A DNA stretch of 64,000 nucleotides from Deltaproteobacteria bacterium (GTDB taxonomy: Bacteria; Myxococcota_A; Polyangia; Fen-1088): positions 235,631-299,630 of the forward strand of contig JANRKS010000040.1 in assembly GCA_033763315.1 (NCBI GenBank), read 5' to 3'. Under the pieces are notes generated by a model that saw only the letters and a program-made list of their open reading frames with translations, ran no database searches and was not told the DNA's origin. This document shows, piece after piece, positions 31,639-41,759 of this stretch (positions within the stretch are counted from its first letter, which is position 1; every line of letters starts with the position of its first letter). Position numbers and translations under genes: made by a program.

Positions 31639-33327
31639 ATGCTGCGAATCAGACCAAGTTGTGTGGTCGTATGTGTATTGGCGGCCGGGTGTACCGGTGG
31701 AAATGCGGCCACCGATGACGCCAAGGCAGGTCCGGGCGGCCCCGACGATTCGCCCGGTGCCAGCTGCGAGGTGCAAAGGTCCTCTTTGCCGCGCGCGCGT
31801 TTGTGGCGCCTCACGGTGCCTCAGTACATCAACAGCCTGGAGTCTGTGTTCGGCAAGGGCATCACCAACAAAAAGCTGCCCATCGATCCCAGCACCCCCG
31901 GCAGCTTCGCCACGTTCGATAACGTCGCCAGCGCCGCGAGCGTTGATGATCAATTGTTAACCGCATACCGAGAGGTTGCGGGCGATGTGGCCATCAACGC
32001 GAAGAGCCGCCTGACTTCTGATTGGCCATGTTTAGTAAGCCAACCCGCTTCGCAGACCTGTGCAGAGAGCTTTGTCAAAGGCCTGGGACAGAAGTTGTTT
32101 CGACGCGCTTTGGACAGCGAAGAGCTGCAGCGCCACCTGGCGTTTTTTAAAAACAGTGAAAGCCGCTGGAACACTGACGAAGCGGTCGCGCTGACATTGG
32201 AGGCGATGCTGCTGTCACCTCGCTTTCTCTATCGCAGTGAGTTGGGGCAGGCCGAAGATGGCTTGCAAGTGCTGACGCAGGACGAGTTGGCCAGCGAACT
32301 GTCTTACTTGATCGCCGACATGCCGCCCGACAACGAGCTTGTTGAGCTTGCGGTCGAGGGCAAGCTCAAAGACGTCGACGTTCGGCTCCAGCAGGCCCGG
32401 CGCCTTGCCGAGTTGCCCCAAGCGCACGACAAGCTTGAACGCTTCTTCTTCCAAGCGCTTCATTTACAGCCGCTTTCGCAAGGTGGGCTGGCGAAAGACA
32501 CAGACCGCTTTCCGCAGTGGAGCGCCAGTCTGCAAGCGTCCATGGTGCAGGAAACCGAAACGTTCTTAGACTCGATGGTTTGGAACGAGCAAGCCACGCT
32601 GCACGAGCTTTTTTCGGCCGAGCACAGCTACATAGACCAAAACCTAGCGTCCTTGTACGGCATCGCCCTCCCAGAGAATTTCGCGCCATTTTCCCGAATC
32701 AAGCTGCCCCCGCACCGCAAAGGTTTGGTGGGCCACGGTGGGCTTCTGGCCACGCTGTCACATGCGGAAGACACTTCGGTGGCACACCGGGGGCTGTTGT
32801 TTAGCCAGGCTCTTTTGTGTCAACCGATCGCCTCGCCCCCGGCGGGCGCTGCGGACCAGGCAAGCCTCAAACTGTTCAATCCAAACGACAAGGAGGCCAC
32901 CGCACGCCAGCACTTCGAGTTTGCTCAAACCAACGCGCGAGAGTGCACGAGCTGCCATCAACAGTTCGCTTGGTTCGGCTTGGGATTAGAAAACTTCGAT
33001 GCGATCGGCGCCCACCGCACAGAAACACAATTTAAGCGCGCCATCGATACAAAAATCACGCTCACGGACCAGGGCGACCTTGATGGCACCTATGACAGCA
33101 GCATCGAGTTGGCGGGCGCGATAGCCGCAAGCCCACGCGGGCAAGTTTGTTTTGCCGCACAAATGGCCTCGTTCGGGTTTGGCAAAGAGTTTGAGCCCGA
33201 AGCGCAATCGTGTGAGTTGGAGCGGCTCGTGGCGCCCGACAAAGAGCAACCACAGCGCGTGGCCGACATGCTGATAAACCTGGCGGCGCTACCGAGCTTT
33301 TCTTTGCGACAAGGAGGCGAACAATGA
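31639..33327 (+). CDS. DUF1592/DUF1588-family heme c lipoprotein, copy 2
   Basis: Lipobox LAAGC, RLTVPQYIN, LFRRAL, SPRFLYR, ASELSYL, CTSCH and LENFDAIG. Confidence 0.88.
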   Translation: MLRIRPSCVVVCVLAAGCTGGNAATDDAKAGPGGPDDSPGASCEVQRSSLPRARLWRLTVPQYINSLESVFGKGITNKKLPIDPSTPGSFATFDNVASAASVDDQLLTAYREVAGDVAINAKSRLTSDWPCLVSQPASQTCAESFVKGLGQKLFRRALDSEELQRHLAFFKNSESRWNTDEAVALTLEAMLLSPRFLYRSELGQAEDGLQVLTQDELASELSYLIADMPPDNELVELAVEGKLKDVDVRLQQARRLAELPQAHDKLERFFFQALHLQPLSQGGLAKDTDRFPQWSASLQASMVQETETFLDSMVWNEQATLHELFSAEHSYIDQNLASLYGIALPENFAPFSRIKLPPHRKGLVGHGGLLATLSHAEDTSVAHRGLLFSQALLCQPIASPPAGAADQASLKLFNPNDKEATARQHFEFAQTNARECTSCHQQFAWFGLGLENFDAIGAHRTETQFKRAIDTKITLTDQGDLDGTYDSSIELAGAIAASPRGQVCFAAQMASFGFGKEFEPEAQSCELERLVAPDKEQPQRVADMLINLAALPSFSLRQGGEQ

Positions 33328-34694
33328 CCACGGTCAAGGGCAAACGCTTGGTGAGGCGTCGCGATTTGTTGGCAGGCCTGGGTTCTGCCACGTTGATCCT
33401 GTCGCCGTTTGTTCGCAAGATGCGCGCGCAGGCGGCGGGCGTGCAATCGCCGGGAAACTTCTTCTTCTTTTTCACGAGCAACGGTTTCGTTCGTTCAGAC
33501 TTTGGTTCGCGCGGGCAAGGGGACGCCTTCACGCTCTTGCCATCGTTGTCACCGCTTGAGCCGATCAAAGATCAGATCACGGTGCTGCGCGGCCTATCAA
33601 ACAAGTCCGCGCACGAGCGGGGGCAATTTCACTTCAACATTTCCCGGCTGCTCACGTGCGTGAGCGGAGACTCGCCCTTCATTGGGTACGGCCCTTCCCT
33701 GGATTATGTGATCGCAGGCCTCACGCCCAACCCACCGTTGAACTTGATCACGTATTGGCCACGTGTTCCAAACATGTTCACGGTTCTGACTTGGCGAGGC
33801 AAAGGTCTTCGGCTGCCCCACATCAATGATTCTCGCGAGGCTTATAAGTTGGTGTTCGGCGGGTTGGCGCCAAGCGGATCGAACGCCGAAGTTGAAGACG
33901 CCCTCGCGAGGGAAAAGAGCCTGTTGGACTTTGTAAAGGCGGACATCACGGCGTTCAAGAGCCGCCTGCCCGCCAGCGCAAAGGCTGACGCCGACAATAT
34001 GTTCGAAACGATTCGCAACCTTGAGACAAAGCTGACCAAGCCAATGATGAACGCAGCTGCCTGCAATGCACAGGTTCTAGGCAAGGCGCGCACAACCGTG
34101 CCACCGCCTGACGCCTCCGCCGGAACCTACGACAAGGCTGCGTTCGAGCAGCACAACACGCTGCAAATGGACTTCGCCGTGGCCACGATGGCATGCGGCA
34201 TGCGCAATGCCGTCACATTCATGAATCAAGGTGGCGGCGGCGGTCTGAATCCCTTAAAGGGTGTTGGCAAAGCCGATGATCACCACGAGGTGAGCCACGG
34301 CGAAACGAGCCCCGGCGTCGCGCCGCTGGTCGAATGGAAGGCGATCGACAAGTACTATGCAGAGCGTTTCCGTTTATTGCTTGAAAAGCTCAAAACCGCA
34401 GGGATTCTGGACGACACCGTTGTGGTGTGGGGCAGCGAGATCGCCGAGGCCCACAGCCAGAACAACCAAACCTTCGTTGTGGCGGGAGGCGCCAAACGCG
34501 GCATCGCCCACCGCAGAACGTTTGAATTTCCCTTTGCAGGCAACGAAATGGGGGGGCCAGCGGCGGGCCGCGACGCGCGCAACGCAAGCCTCGCAGACCT
34601 ATGGGTAAGCGTTCAGAAAGCCTGTGGCGTGAACAGCGATGTTTTTGGGCAAGACTCCCAAGGTGGAATCTCGGGCCTGTGGAAGCCGGTTTGA
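33324..34694 (+). CDS. DUF1552 family Tat-exported protein, copy 2
   Basis: VRRRDLLAGLG, PSLDYVIA, DHHEVSH and GSEIAEAH. ATGA overlap with the partner gene. Confidence 0.85.
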   Translation: MTTVKGKRLVRRRDLLAGLGSATLILSPFVRKMRAQAAGVQSPGNFFFFFTSNGFVRSDFGSRGQGDAFTLLPSLSPLEPIKDQITVLRGLSNKSAHERGQFHFNISRLLTCVSGDSPFIGYGPSLDYVIAGLTPNPPLNLITYWPRVPNMFTVLTWRGKGLRLPHINDSREAYKLVFGGLAPSGSNAEVEDALAREKSLLDFVKADITAFKSRLPASAKADADNMFETIRNLETKLTKPMMNAAACNAQVLGKARTTVPPPDASAGTYDKAAFEQHNTLQMDFAVATMACGMRNAVTFMNQGGGGGLNPLKGVGKADDHHEVSHGETSPGVAPLVEWKAIDKYYAERFRLLLEKLKTAGILDDTVVVWGSEIAEAHSQNNQTFVVAGGAKRGIAHRRTFEFPFAGNEMGGPAAGRDARNASLADLWVSVQKACGVNSDVFGQDSQGGISGLWKPV

Positions 34695-34696
34695 CC

Positions 34697-36265
34697 ATGC
34701 ACAGGCTCCCGCGTCCAGCTTTCGTAAAGCGCGTTCTTCGACATCTGGTTATGGCGGGCTTGTGCCTGCGGGCGCCCCTTGCCGACGCGGCGGTGGTGGA
34801 GGTTCAAAGTGGGGGCGCCGACTTTCGGATCTACATTCCGCAAGGCAAACCTGTGCTCAGAGGCGTGATCACATCGTTTAATGGCTCGGGCGCGGATTTT
34901 CGCGCGCAAAGTGATGATGCCACCATGCAAGCGGTCGCTTCATCATGGCGGTTTGCGTTCGTGGCCACCCGCGGTTTCGGTGGATCGGGAGCGGGGTTGG
35001 CAAACCAACTCAACGATGCGCTTGCCCAAGCGGGCGCACAGACCAATCATCCTGAATTGAAGAATGCCCCGCTGTTGCTTACGGGCTACTCGCTTGGCGG
35101 CGGTGCGGTGTGCGCCATCACCGAGGCGATTCCGCAGCGGGTGCTGGGCTTCGTGGCGATGCGAGGCGGTGGCAACCCGGGCGCGCTTTCAGCGCAGGCA
35201 CAGCAGGTGCCCGGCTTGTTCGTGGTTGGCAGCGGTGACAGTGGGTCCAACCCTCGCGTTTGGGACATCTTTCGCCAATGGCGTTTCGAACGCAAAGCGG
35301 CGGTGGCCTTCGCGGTGGAATGGGTGGCGCGTCACGTACCGGTTCCGGCCGAAGACGGCATGGCCTGGCCTTTGACCTGGGCGTTTGCGCACGAGGTGAT
35401 CAGGTTGCGGTACCCATCCGATCGCGCACCCACCGCAGACGCAGCCCCTCAACTGGAGCCGATCCCAGCCGCGAGCGTCTGGCATTCAGTGCCACCGCCT
35501 TGGGACCGCAGCACTGACGATCTCAGGTTTCCCACGATTGCACCCGCCGCGAGCTTTTCGGCGGTGCCCACCGCAGAAGCCAATTGGCATCCCAGCGAAG
35601 CAGCTGCGCTTTACCATCGCGCATTTAACGCACGCGAGAAGCTTTCCCTCAACGTGCCTCGCAACGTGAGTCTGCGCTTCTCCTCGCCCGCCACCCGCGC
35701 CGGTTCACAAATCACGAGTGTGGATGGTTCGCAAATCGAAGTGGTTTTGGAGCCCCGCATGCTTGATGGCTTGTCACAAGTGCAAGTGTTCTTGGGTGCC
35801 AAAGCGCTGTTCGAACTTAAGGCGCCACCATGGAAGTTCTTCCTCAAAAATCTTCCGCCCGGCATTCACGCGCTGACCGCCATCGGTCGCATGGGCAGCG
35901 CCAGCTTCCCAACCTACGAAACCTTTTTGGTGCAAGGCGAAGCCACGTTTGGTGAGCCTGGCGTTGAGTTTGTTGATCCGCAGGGCGCAGAGTCGATGGG
36001 CGGTATGGGTGGTTCACCCGACACGGGCGCAGCTTCGGGCGGCAATGCGCAAGCTGCAGAGCCGCAACCGCAAGGGGGCGCAGGCGGTGCAGAGCCTACG
36101 CCCACTGATGATGAGGTTGAGCCTTCGCAGGATCGCCCACGAAATACAAACGGGTGCAGCTTTGGGAGCGGAAGCCGGGCCGCCGCAGGTGGGCCCACCC
36201 TGCTGCTATGGCTGGTTTGCCTTTATGTTGTCTTCACTCCGAGAACAATTCGGCGCCGCGGTTAA
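34697..36265 (+). CDS. Secreted alpha/beta hydrolase with Ig-like domain and MYXO-CTERM-like anchor
   Basis: Signal peptide ending ADA; GYSLGG nucleophile elbow; candidate Asp (GSGD) and His (ARH); G/acidic linker; GCSFG + TM helix + RRRG. Confidence 0.65.
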   Translation: MHRLPRPAFVKRVLRHLVMAGLCLRAPLADAAVVEVQSGGADFRIYIPQGKPVLRGVITSFNGSGADFRAQSDDATMQAVASSWRFAFVATRGFGGSGAGLANQLNDALAQAGAQTNHPELKNAPLLLTGYSLGGGAVCAITEAIPQRVLGFVAMRGGGNPGALSAQAQQVPGLFVVGSGDSGSNPRVWDIFRQWRFERKAAVAFAVEWVARHVPVPAEDGMAWPLTWAFAHEVIRLRYPSDRAPTADAAPQLEPIPAASVWHSVPPPWDRSTDDLRFPTIAPAASFSAVPTAEANWHPSEAAALYHRAFNAREKLSLNVPRNVSLRFSSPATRAGSQITSVDGSQIEVVLEPRMLDGLSQVQVFLGAKALFELKAPPWKFFLKNLPPGIHALTAIGRMGSASFPTYETFLVQGEATFGEPGVEFVDPQGAESMGGMGGSPDTGAASGGNAQAAEPQPQGGAGGAEPTPTDDEVEPSQDRPRNTNGCSFGSGSRAAAGGPTLLLWLVCLYVVFTPRTIRRRG

Positions 36266-37517
36266 CGAGTCCCGTCATCCCCTGACCACCCATCAAGAAA
36301 ACGCGTCCGTCAGATAGAGCCACGCTCTCGATCAATGACAGCGCTTGGCCAAGGTCGGACCCCGAAGTGAATGTGTTTGTGGCAGGGGCAAAGATCTCGG
36401 TGGTGCGCAACGTGGATGAGGGGCCATTGCCACCCGCGATCAGCACGCGACCGCTGCCCAACCGAGCTGCGGTGTGATTGCGCCTGGGGCTGCTCATGGG
36501 GGGGCCAGCGATGAAGCGAGCCATGGCCGGATCGTACAGCTCGGTTGTCGCAAGTTCGTCACCGGCGCCGCTAGAGCCGCTTTGTCCGCCGACCACAAGG
36601 ACACGGCCGTCACCAAGCGTCGTCGCGGTCGGGAAACGACGGCTCTGCAGCGCGTCTGCAACACGACGAAAGGTGGCCGTGGAAGGCACGTACACATAAG
36701 AATCGAGAACCGCTGCAGCGTTAGCCATCGTGCGCCCCCCGGTGATGAGCACGCTGTCGTCAGTGAGCTGCGCAAACGCCGCGCCTTGACGCTCCATCGG
36801 AGCATCGACAGTCGTCACCGGCGAAAACATTGACGTGGCCGGGTCGAAGACTTCCACCGTTAACGGCGTGCCGAGGGCGCCGCCACCCATGATCAGCACC
36901 TTCCCAGCCAACGCGCCCATCGAAAGCGTGAACGCGCCGTGCCCGAGCCGGGGGATCGACATTTCGTTCGCGACGCGCGTGAAGGCTTTCGTCGTTGGAT
37001 CATAGAGTTCGGCGGTGCGCCACGTAGCGGCGGGCATGCCTCCATATCCGCCCGCGACCAGCACGCGGCCGTTTGCCAACAACGTTGCGCTGTGGCTGTG
37101 CCGGCCGTCCTGCATGCGACCCACCACGCTAAACGATCCGGCTGTCACATCATACAAAGTGGTATCGGTAAGACCGGACAAAGGACTGGGAAACTTGATG
37201 CCTCCTATAACCAGAACCTGCCGGTCCGCAAGTTCCACCACGGCATGTGCTTGCCGACTTACGTCTCTTGCGCCCAACGACATGATCTTGCCCATGGCGG
37301 ATGGCCCCACCTCGCCCGCGAACGCTCCGTCTGCGAGCGCACTGTCGGCGACCGCTCCGTCGCTGCTGGGCGCATCTTGGCTTCCATCCGAGGATACGGC
37401 GGCATCGCCGCCGGGCCGCCTCGAGGATTCGTCCTCGCAGGCCGCCAACGCCAGAAGTGAAAGCGTAATCCATTTTGTTTCGCGGCCAAGCTTCTTCACG
37501 ACGGCAGTGTCACCCAC
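36234..37517 (-). CDS. Kelch-repeat lipoprotein
   Basis: Lipobox LALAAC and about seven R..H.A..L..G.VL(V/I).GG...E.YDP Kelch repeats. Confidence 0.88.
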   Translation of the reverse strand: MGDTAVVKKLGRETKWITLSLLALAACEDESSRRPGGDAAVSSDGSQDAPSSDGAVADSALADGAFAGEVGPSAMGKIMSLGARDVSRQAHAVVELADRQVLVIGGIKFPSPLSGLTDTTLYDVTAGSFSVVGRMQDGRHSHSATLLANGRVLVAGGYGGMPAATWRTAELYDPTTKAFTRVANEMSIPRLGHGAFTLSMGALAGKVLIMGGGALGTPLTVEVFDPATSMFSPVTTVDAPMERQGAAFAQLTDDSVLITGGRTMANAAAVLDSYVYVPSTATFRRVADALQSRRFPTATTLGDGRVLVVGGQSGSSGAGDELATTELYDPAMARFIAGPPMSSPRRNHTAARLGSGRVLIAGGNGPSSTLRTTEIFAPATNTFTSGSDLGQALSLIESVALSDGRVFLMGGQGMTGLVNRGAELFSE

Positions 37518-37856
37518 TCGGGTGCGCCGTGCAACCGGCGTATCGCCCTATCGCCCCTCCTTCGGGTTGGGTCAAGCGGGTCGCACGCGAGTGGACGAAA
37601 CCGGCAAAAGCGATCATCCGTTCACACAAGCGAATGCTTGATCGGATTTCGCGAGCGAGCACTAGGTCGTCAACGCAGGTGTTGCCGTGTTGCTGCGAAT
37701 CTCGACCTTGATGAAGTTGTCCCAGTTCAAGCTTGCACGAGCGTGGCCTACGGGCCGGCGTAGGGACCGACCCCTTTGCAGGACACGGAGTTGAAGTTGC
37801 CAAAGTCTCAGGCTTTCCCGCCGTCACCACTCGTCCTTGACGCTGGAAGCCCGGCC

Positions 37857-39206
37857 TCAGCGAAGCAGGGCCGTGTAAGCCCCCGCGTTGCTGTCGGGGC
37901 GCCCCAGGGCATCCATCTGTATGCCCAATCCCTGCAAGACTGCCGTGATAACGTCGCACACCGAACGTCCCTTGAGGTCATGATCACTGCCCACAGCAAA
38001 CACGCTGCTGCCACCCGAAACCGAAACCGGTAGGTCATTGGTTGCGTGACCGTTGTTGTTCGACTCGCTCAGCCGCAACACCACGGTTTGATCGAGCAAG
38101 GTCTGCCCGCCCATGTCTATCTCGGCCAAACGATCCAACAAGAAGGCAAGCTGCTCTTCGTACCATTGATAAAGCATCTGGCGATCCGCAAAGGATACAT
38201 CCTTTGGATGCTCTTTGGGATGTGAAAGGCGATGATGATAAACACCTTTGAGTTTTCTGTTGGGCAACCAATCGGGCACAGTGGTGGGGCCGGTGGTGCC
38301 CCAGTGAAATGTGATCGCGCGCGTGGTCCCGGCAGCCAGCGCCGCCGCAGCAATGCGCATATTCGCCTCGCCGACCACGTTAAAGTTTTTGTCGTCCTGA
38401 TAGAAGGCTGCTTCACCCCAACGATTGTCGAGCTTCGGTAACGCAGACGGCGATGCCATACCCATGCCTTGTTCCAGCATCGCTTTCGTGCGCTTCTCCA
38501 CAGCGCGCACGCTTGTAAGGTAGGCGTCCAGGCTGTCGCGACCGCTGCTTCCCACGGCTTCGCATGTGCGCTTTAGTTCAGGCACCAGCGAATCAAGCAA
38601 GCTGCCCCGCATCAGCAAGGTGCGGCGCGTTCTCTCGCGCGCAGCCAGGGCGTCGGCGTCGTTGCCCGACGGCGCTAGGCCCGACAGCAGATCTGCGTAG
38701 CTCTTGACCGGGTTGTACGAAGGCACGCGCGGTTTGCCGCGTGACTCGAAACTGATGTAGCGGACGCCATCCTTCATGTTGGAGCCCCACGAGCCGAGCT
38801 CGTAGGTGGGGAAGATCGCGCTGCCACCCAAGACAGAGCCCACAATTTGATCGGCGGAACGCCCTGCAGGCACCTTCACGCCGTTGGCCACGCGGTCAGG
38901 TCCGTTCTGTCCGCCCGTCAGCAATGTCCGCGGACCGTTGGGATGCTCTTCGCTGCCATACTCCCGCTCGTACGCCGTGTGCTGGCTGTTCGTGATGACG
39001 GCAACGTTTTTGCGATGGCGTGCGAGCAGCGTCTTGCGTGAGCCCGCGGGATCCGTCGGAGAGCCGTCAGGCACCCAGAACACGATGAGGTTCTTGACGC
39101 CCGACGCGGGGGCCGCACGTGTGACCTGCGGCAACAAAGGCAGCGCCAGGGGCAAAGAACTGGCGCCAACGAGAAACTTGCGACGATTGATGTGTGTGAG
39201 GCTCAT
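37857..39206 (-). CDS. DUF1552 family Tat-exported protein, copy 3
   Basis: INRRKFLVGA, SADQIVG, YHHRLSH, TLLDQT and SESNNNGH. Confidence 0.85.
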   Translation of the reverse strand: MSLTHINRRKFLVGASSLPLALPLLPQVTRAAPASGVKNLIVFWVPDGSPTDPAGSRKTLLARHRKNVAVITNSQHTAYEREYGSEEHPNGPRTLLTGGQNGPDRVANGVKVPAGRSADQIVGSVLGGSAIFPTYELGSWGSNMKDGVRYISFESRGKPRVPSYNPVKSYADLLSGLAPSGNDADALAARERTRRTLLMRGSLLDSLVPELKRTCEAVGSSGRDSLDAYLTSVRAVEKRTKAMLEQGMGMASPSALPKLDNRWGEAAFYQDDKNFNVVGEANMRIAAAALAAGTTRAITFHWGTTGPTTVPDWLPNRKLKGVYHHRLSHPKEHPKDVSFADRQMLYQWYEEQLAFLLDRLAEIDMGGQTLLDQTVVLRLSESNNNGHATNDLPVSVSGGSSVFAVGSDHDLKGRSVCDVITAVLQGLGIQMDALGRPDSNAGAYTALLR

Positions 39207-39221
39207 GATGGTTCTCCTGCT

Positions 39222-40946
39222 TCAAATCGAAGTGGTGCACGTGCGCTGTTCATTGGCTGGGCGTTCACTTCGCGTGCGAAACGAGCGCGTCTGAACCACG
39301 GAGATTAGAAGTTCGCGAACGTCTAGCTTCGCGCTGCGGAACGCTTCTACAGCGTCGTTCATGCTGCTCACGTCAAGGGGGCCTTCAACGCGGCCCACGG
39401 CAAAGCGGAACCACTGCCGCGCATAGCAATAGGGGCCATCCACGCCCGAAAGCAGGCGTCGCCCAAGTTCCTCGGATCCCGTGAAGACGCCGTCAATTTC
39501 GACGGAGTCGGCGATGTTTCCATCTACTTTACGCCCGGTCGTGCTTCGCTCTTCCCCGAGTGATCCGTAAAGTTCAAGACCAAGACCCAGCGGCTCGAAC
39601 GAACGGTGGCAGCCACCACATACAGGATGCGAAAGGCGATCCTCCACCTCCATCTCGGCCACGTTGGGCGGCACCTTCGGTAGCTCACGGCACAAGACAC
39701 GTTCGAACAACGTCACGGCCCGTGTGATCGGATTCGAATCCCTCTCGGTGGCATGACCCGCTAAGAAGCTGGCGTGACCAAACATGCCGGCGCGCTTGAC
39801 GCTGGCGTCGAAGGGTGTTGGTTGATCCACGCCGCGCGGGCTTGGCACGCCGTAAAGTTTTGCAAGCTCGGGCGTAAGAAACGAATACCGCGCCGTGAGA
39901 AGATCGGTGAGACCGCCGTTGCCGTCGAAAACCACGTGCTTCACGAACTTGTCCGACTCTGTGGCCATGGCAGTCTTCAATGCTTCGGTAAAGCGGGGAT
40001 CCTCTCTTTGCGCCTCATCCAGATGGCCGCGTTCCAGCCACTGTGCATGAAAGGCCTGGATGACCACGGCTGCGCGCGGATCGGCAAGCAGACGACGCGC
40101 CTGTGACGCCATTACTTCGGGCTTCAGTATCTCACCAGATTGGGCGGCGGCGAGGAGTTCGCTGTCGGGGCCACTTCGCCACAGGAAGAACGCCAAACGG
40201 GACGCCAACGCAAAGGCGTCCAGGTGCACGAGGCGTGGCTCATTTGACGATGCGCCAGCCTCAGGCTCAATCTTGTGGAGGAATTGCGGCGACAGTAACA
40301 ACCGAGCGATCACCAAAGCGGCTGCCTCGCGTGCCGTCGCCGTGAACTCTGTGCGCGCGCGATCATAGAGTCCAAGCATCTGCGACTTGCCGTCCGCATC
40401 AAGTGGCCTGCGCAACAAGCGAGCCGCGAAGGTATCGAGGAATTTCTCGACGCACGCACGGTCGCCCTTCGCAAGGTCGCAGTTCAGCTTGTCGCTAAGC
40501 GGCCTGTCGAGCAGCGCCGCAGCCACCGTCTCGGCGGCCGTCTGATAAGCAGCGAAAGCGGTGTCTGTCATCGCGAAGGACTGGCCAACGAAACCCGTGC
40601 CCGCGGCGTCGCCTTCGTCGTCTGGCAACGATAGCTGTGCGGGAATCGCTCCGAACACGTCGGTAAGAATGTTGCGATATTCCATGGATGAAATGCGCGC
40701 TAACCCGTCGAAGCCTTCGCCGTGAAAGTCAAACACTCCTTTTTCCGCGTTGGGATCCACAACAACGGGCCCTTCGGGCCGAGGGCCGGGCGGCTGCGGT
40801 GAATTGGGCGATTTGGGGGCCCTGGGATCGTCGCCGCCTCCAGGGCCGTCGGGCCGTTGGACGGTACCTGTGCAAGCACAAAAGTAGGCGATCCCAAACG
40901 TGAAACTGAGTGAGAGGCCGCGTGCGCGAAACGAACTTAAGTTCAT
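39222..40946 (-). CDS. DUF1592/DUF1588-family heme c lipoprotein, copy 3
   Basis: Lipobox YFCAC, RISSMEYRN, LLRRPL, SPQFL, ASRLAFFLW and CGGCH. ATG 40946 with upstream GGAGA. Confidence 0.87.
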   Translation of the reverse strand: MNLSSFRARGLSLSFTFGIAYFCACTGTVQRPDGPGGGDDPRAPKSPNSPQPPGPRPEGPVVVDPNAEKGVFDFHGEGFDGLARISSMEYRNILTDVFGAIPAQLSLPDDEGDAAGTGFVGQSFAMTDTAFAAYQTAAETVAAALLDRPLSDKLNCDLAKGDRACVEKFLDTFAARLLRRPLDADGKSQMLGLYDRARTEFTATAREAAALVIARLLLSPQFLHKIEPEAGASSNEPRLVHLDAFALASRLAFFLWRSGPDSELLAAAQSGEILKPEVMASQARRLLADPRAAVVIQAFHAQWLERGHLDEAQREDPRFTEALKTAMATESDKFVKHVVFDGNGGLTDLLTARYSFLTPELAKLYGVPSPRGVDQPTPFDASVKRAGMFGHASFLAGHATERDSNPITRAVTLFERVLCRELPKVPPNVAEMEVEDRLSHPVCGGCHRSFEPLGLGLELYGSLGEERSTTGRKVDGNIADSVEIDGVFTGSEELGRRLLSGVDGPYCYARQWFRFAVGRVEGPLDVSSMNDAVEAFRSAKLDVRELLISVVQTRSFRTRSERPANEQRTCTTSI

Positions 40947-41008
40947 TGATGATTCTCCGCTGTTGGAGGCTGCAGATTGAGGGCACACCAAGTGGGCCCC
41001 TGATGGTT

Positions 41009-41036
41009 ATGCCCGCCTCATCGGTTTCGGATCACG
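41009..41036 (-). promoter_or_regulatory. Putative ECF-sigma promoter upstream of DUF1592 copy 3
   Basis: CGTGATCCG-aaac-CGAT-gaggc-GGGCAT; 21/28 identical to the element upstream of the ECF gene. Confidence 0.65.
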
Positions 41037-41044
41037 AGTCGCGA

Positions 41045-41068
41045 AGAAAAACACGCGATCGATCGCGT
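41045..41068 (-). terminator. Probable terminator of the ECF operon
   Basis: 16-bp palindrome ACGCGATCGATCGCGT directly after the stop codon, followed by GTTTTTTC on the minus strand. Confidence 0.45.
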
Positions 41069-41755
41069 TTACGGAATTGTTGTGATGCGAACGTCGTCAA
41101 CGATCCAACCGCGCGCGTCCCGATTCCCTGAGGAGCCAAACACGAAGCGAACCCAGAAGGGCTTCGTGGCGAACAGTGCCGGCAAAGTGAACTGTGGGTT
41201 CAGCCACCCGCGGTTGCGGCTGCCCCAGGCTGCGTGCCCAATGTATGAACCAACGATCTCAGGCGCGCTGCACTTCTTTGGATCAGCGGCAAGTTGTCCG
41301 TTGTAGGGATCTCGGCTGGGGGACGCCAAATCCGTCCACGATAAGCCTGCGTCGAATGAGATCTGCAAGAACCCACCGTCGGGCGGTGAGGTGGCGTCGC
41401 CCGGGTTGTTAAAATCGCGCCAATGCCAGAACGACAGCGTCGCGGCGCCGCTGCATCCAACAAGATCAACTTCCGGAGACACCAAGACCGCCGCAGAACA
41501 TCCGGGGTAGCCTTCCGCCAATGAAGCGCCAAAACATTGCGTGCCGTCGTGGCAAGCGGGATCCAAAGAGGCGCCGTGTTGCCAAGGGTTCAATGCGCCT
41601 TCTACCAGCGGGGCCGCCACCCAACTTTGTGCACCACCCTCAAAGGTGAAGGCCCACGTGCAAAGCGGCGGGGCGGTGGCGCCTACGCCCAACACTGTGG
41701 GTGAGGCTTCACAACCTAGAAGGCAGCTGGCGGCGGCGATGGCAAGAAGGCGCAC
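41069..41755 (-). CDS. Lipoprotein with a MAM/immune-inhibitor-A-like jelly-roll domain
   Basis: Lipobox CLLGC; LVSPEVDL, LSFWHW, DGGFLQIS.D.G.SW and VRFVFGS...GWIVDDVRI. Confidence 0.65.
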   Translation of the reverse strand: MRLLAIAAASCLLGCEASPTVLGVGATAPPLCTWAFTFEGGAQSWVAAPLVEGALNPWQHGASLDPACHDGTQCFGASLAEGYPGCSAAVLVSPEVDLVGCSGAATLSFWHWRDFNNPGDATSPPDGGFLQISFDAGLSWTDLASPSRDPYNGQLAADPKKCSAPEIVGSYIGHAAWGSRNRGWLNPQFTLPALFATKPFWVRFVFGSSGNRDARGWIVDDVRITTIP

Positions 41756-41759
41756 GCCA

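Noticed and set aside
37518-37856. 339-bp intergenic gap as an ncRNA or small ORF
   Set aside because: Only a short hairpin and ORFs without motifs; no recognisable RNA family.
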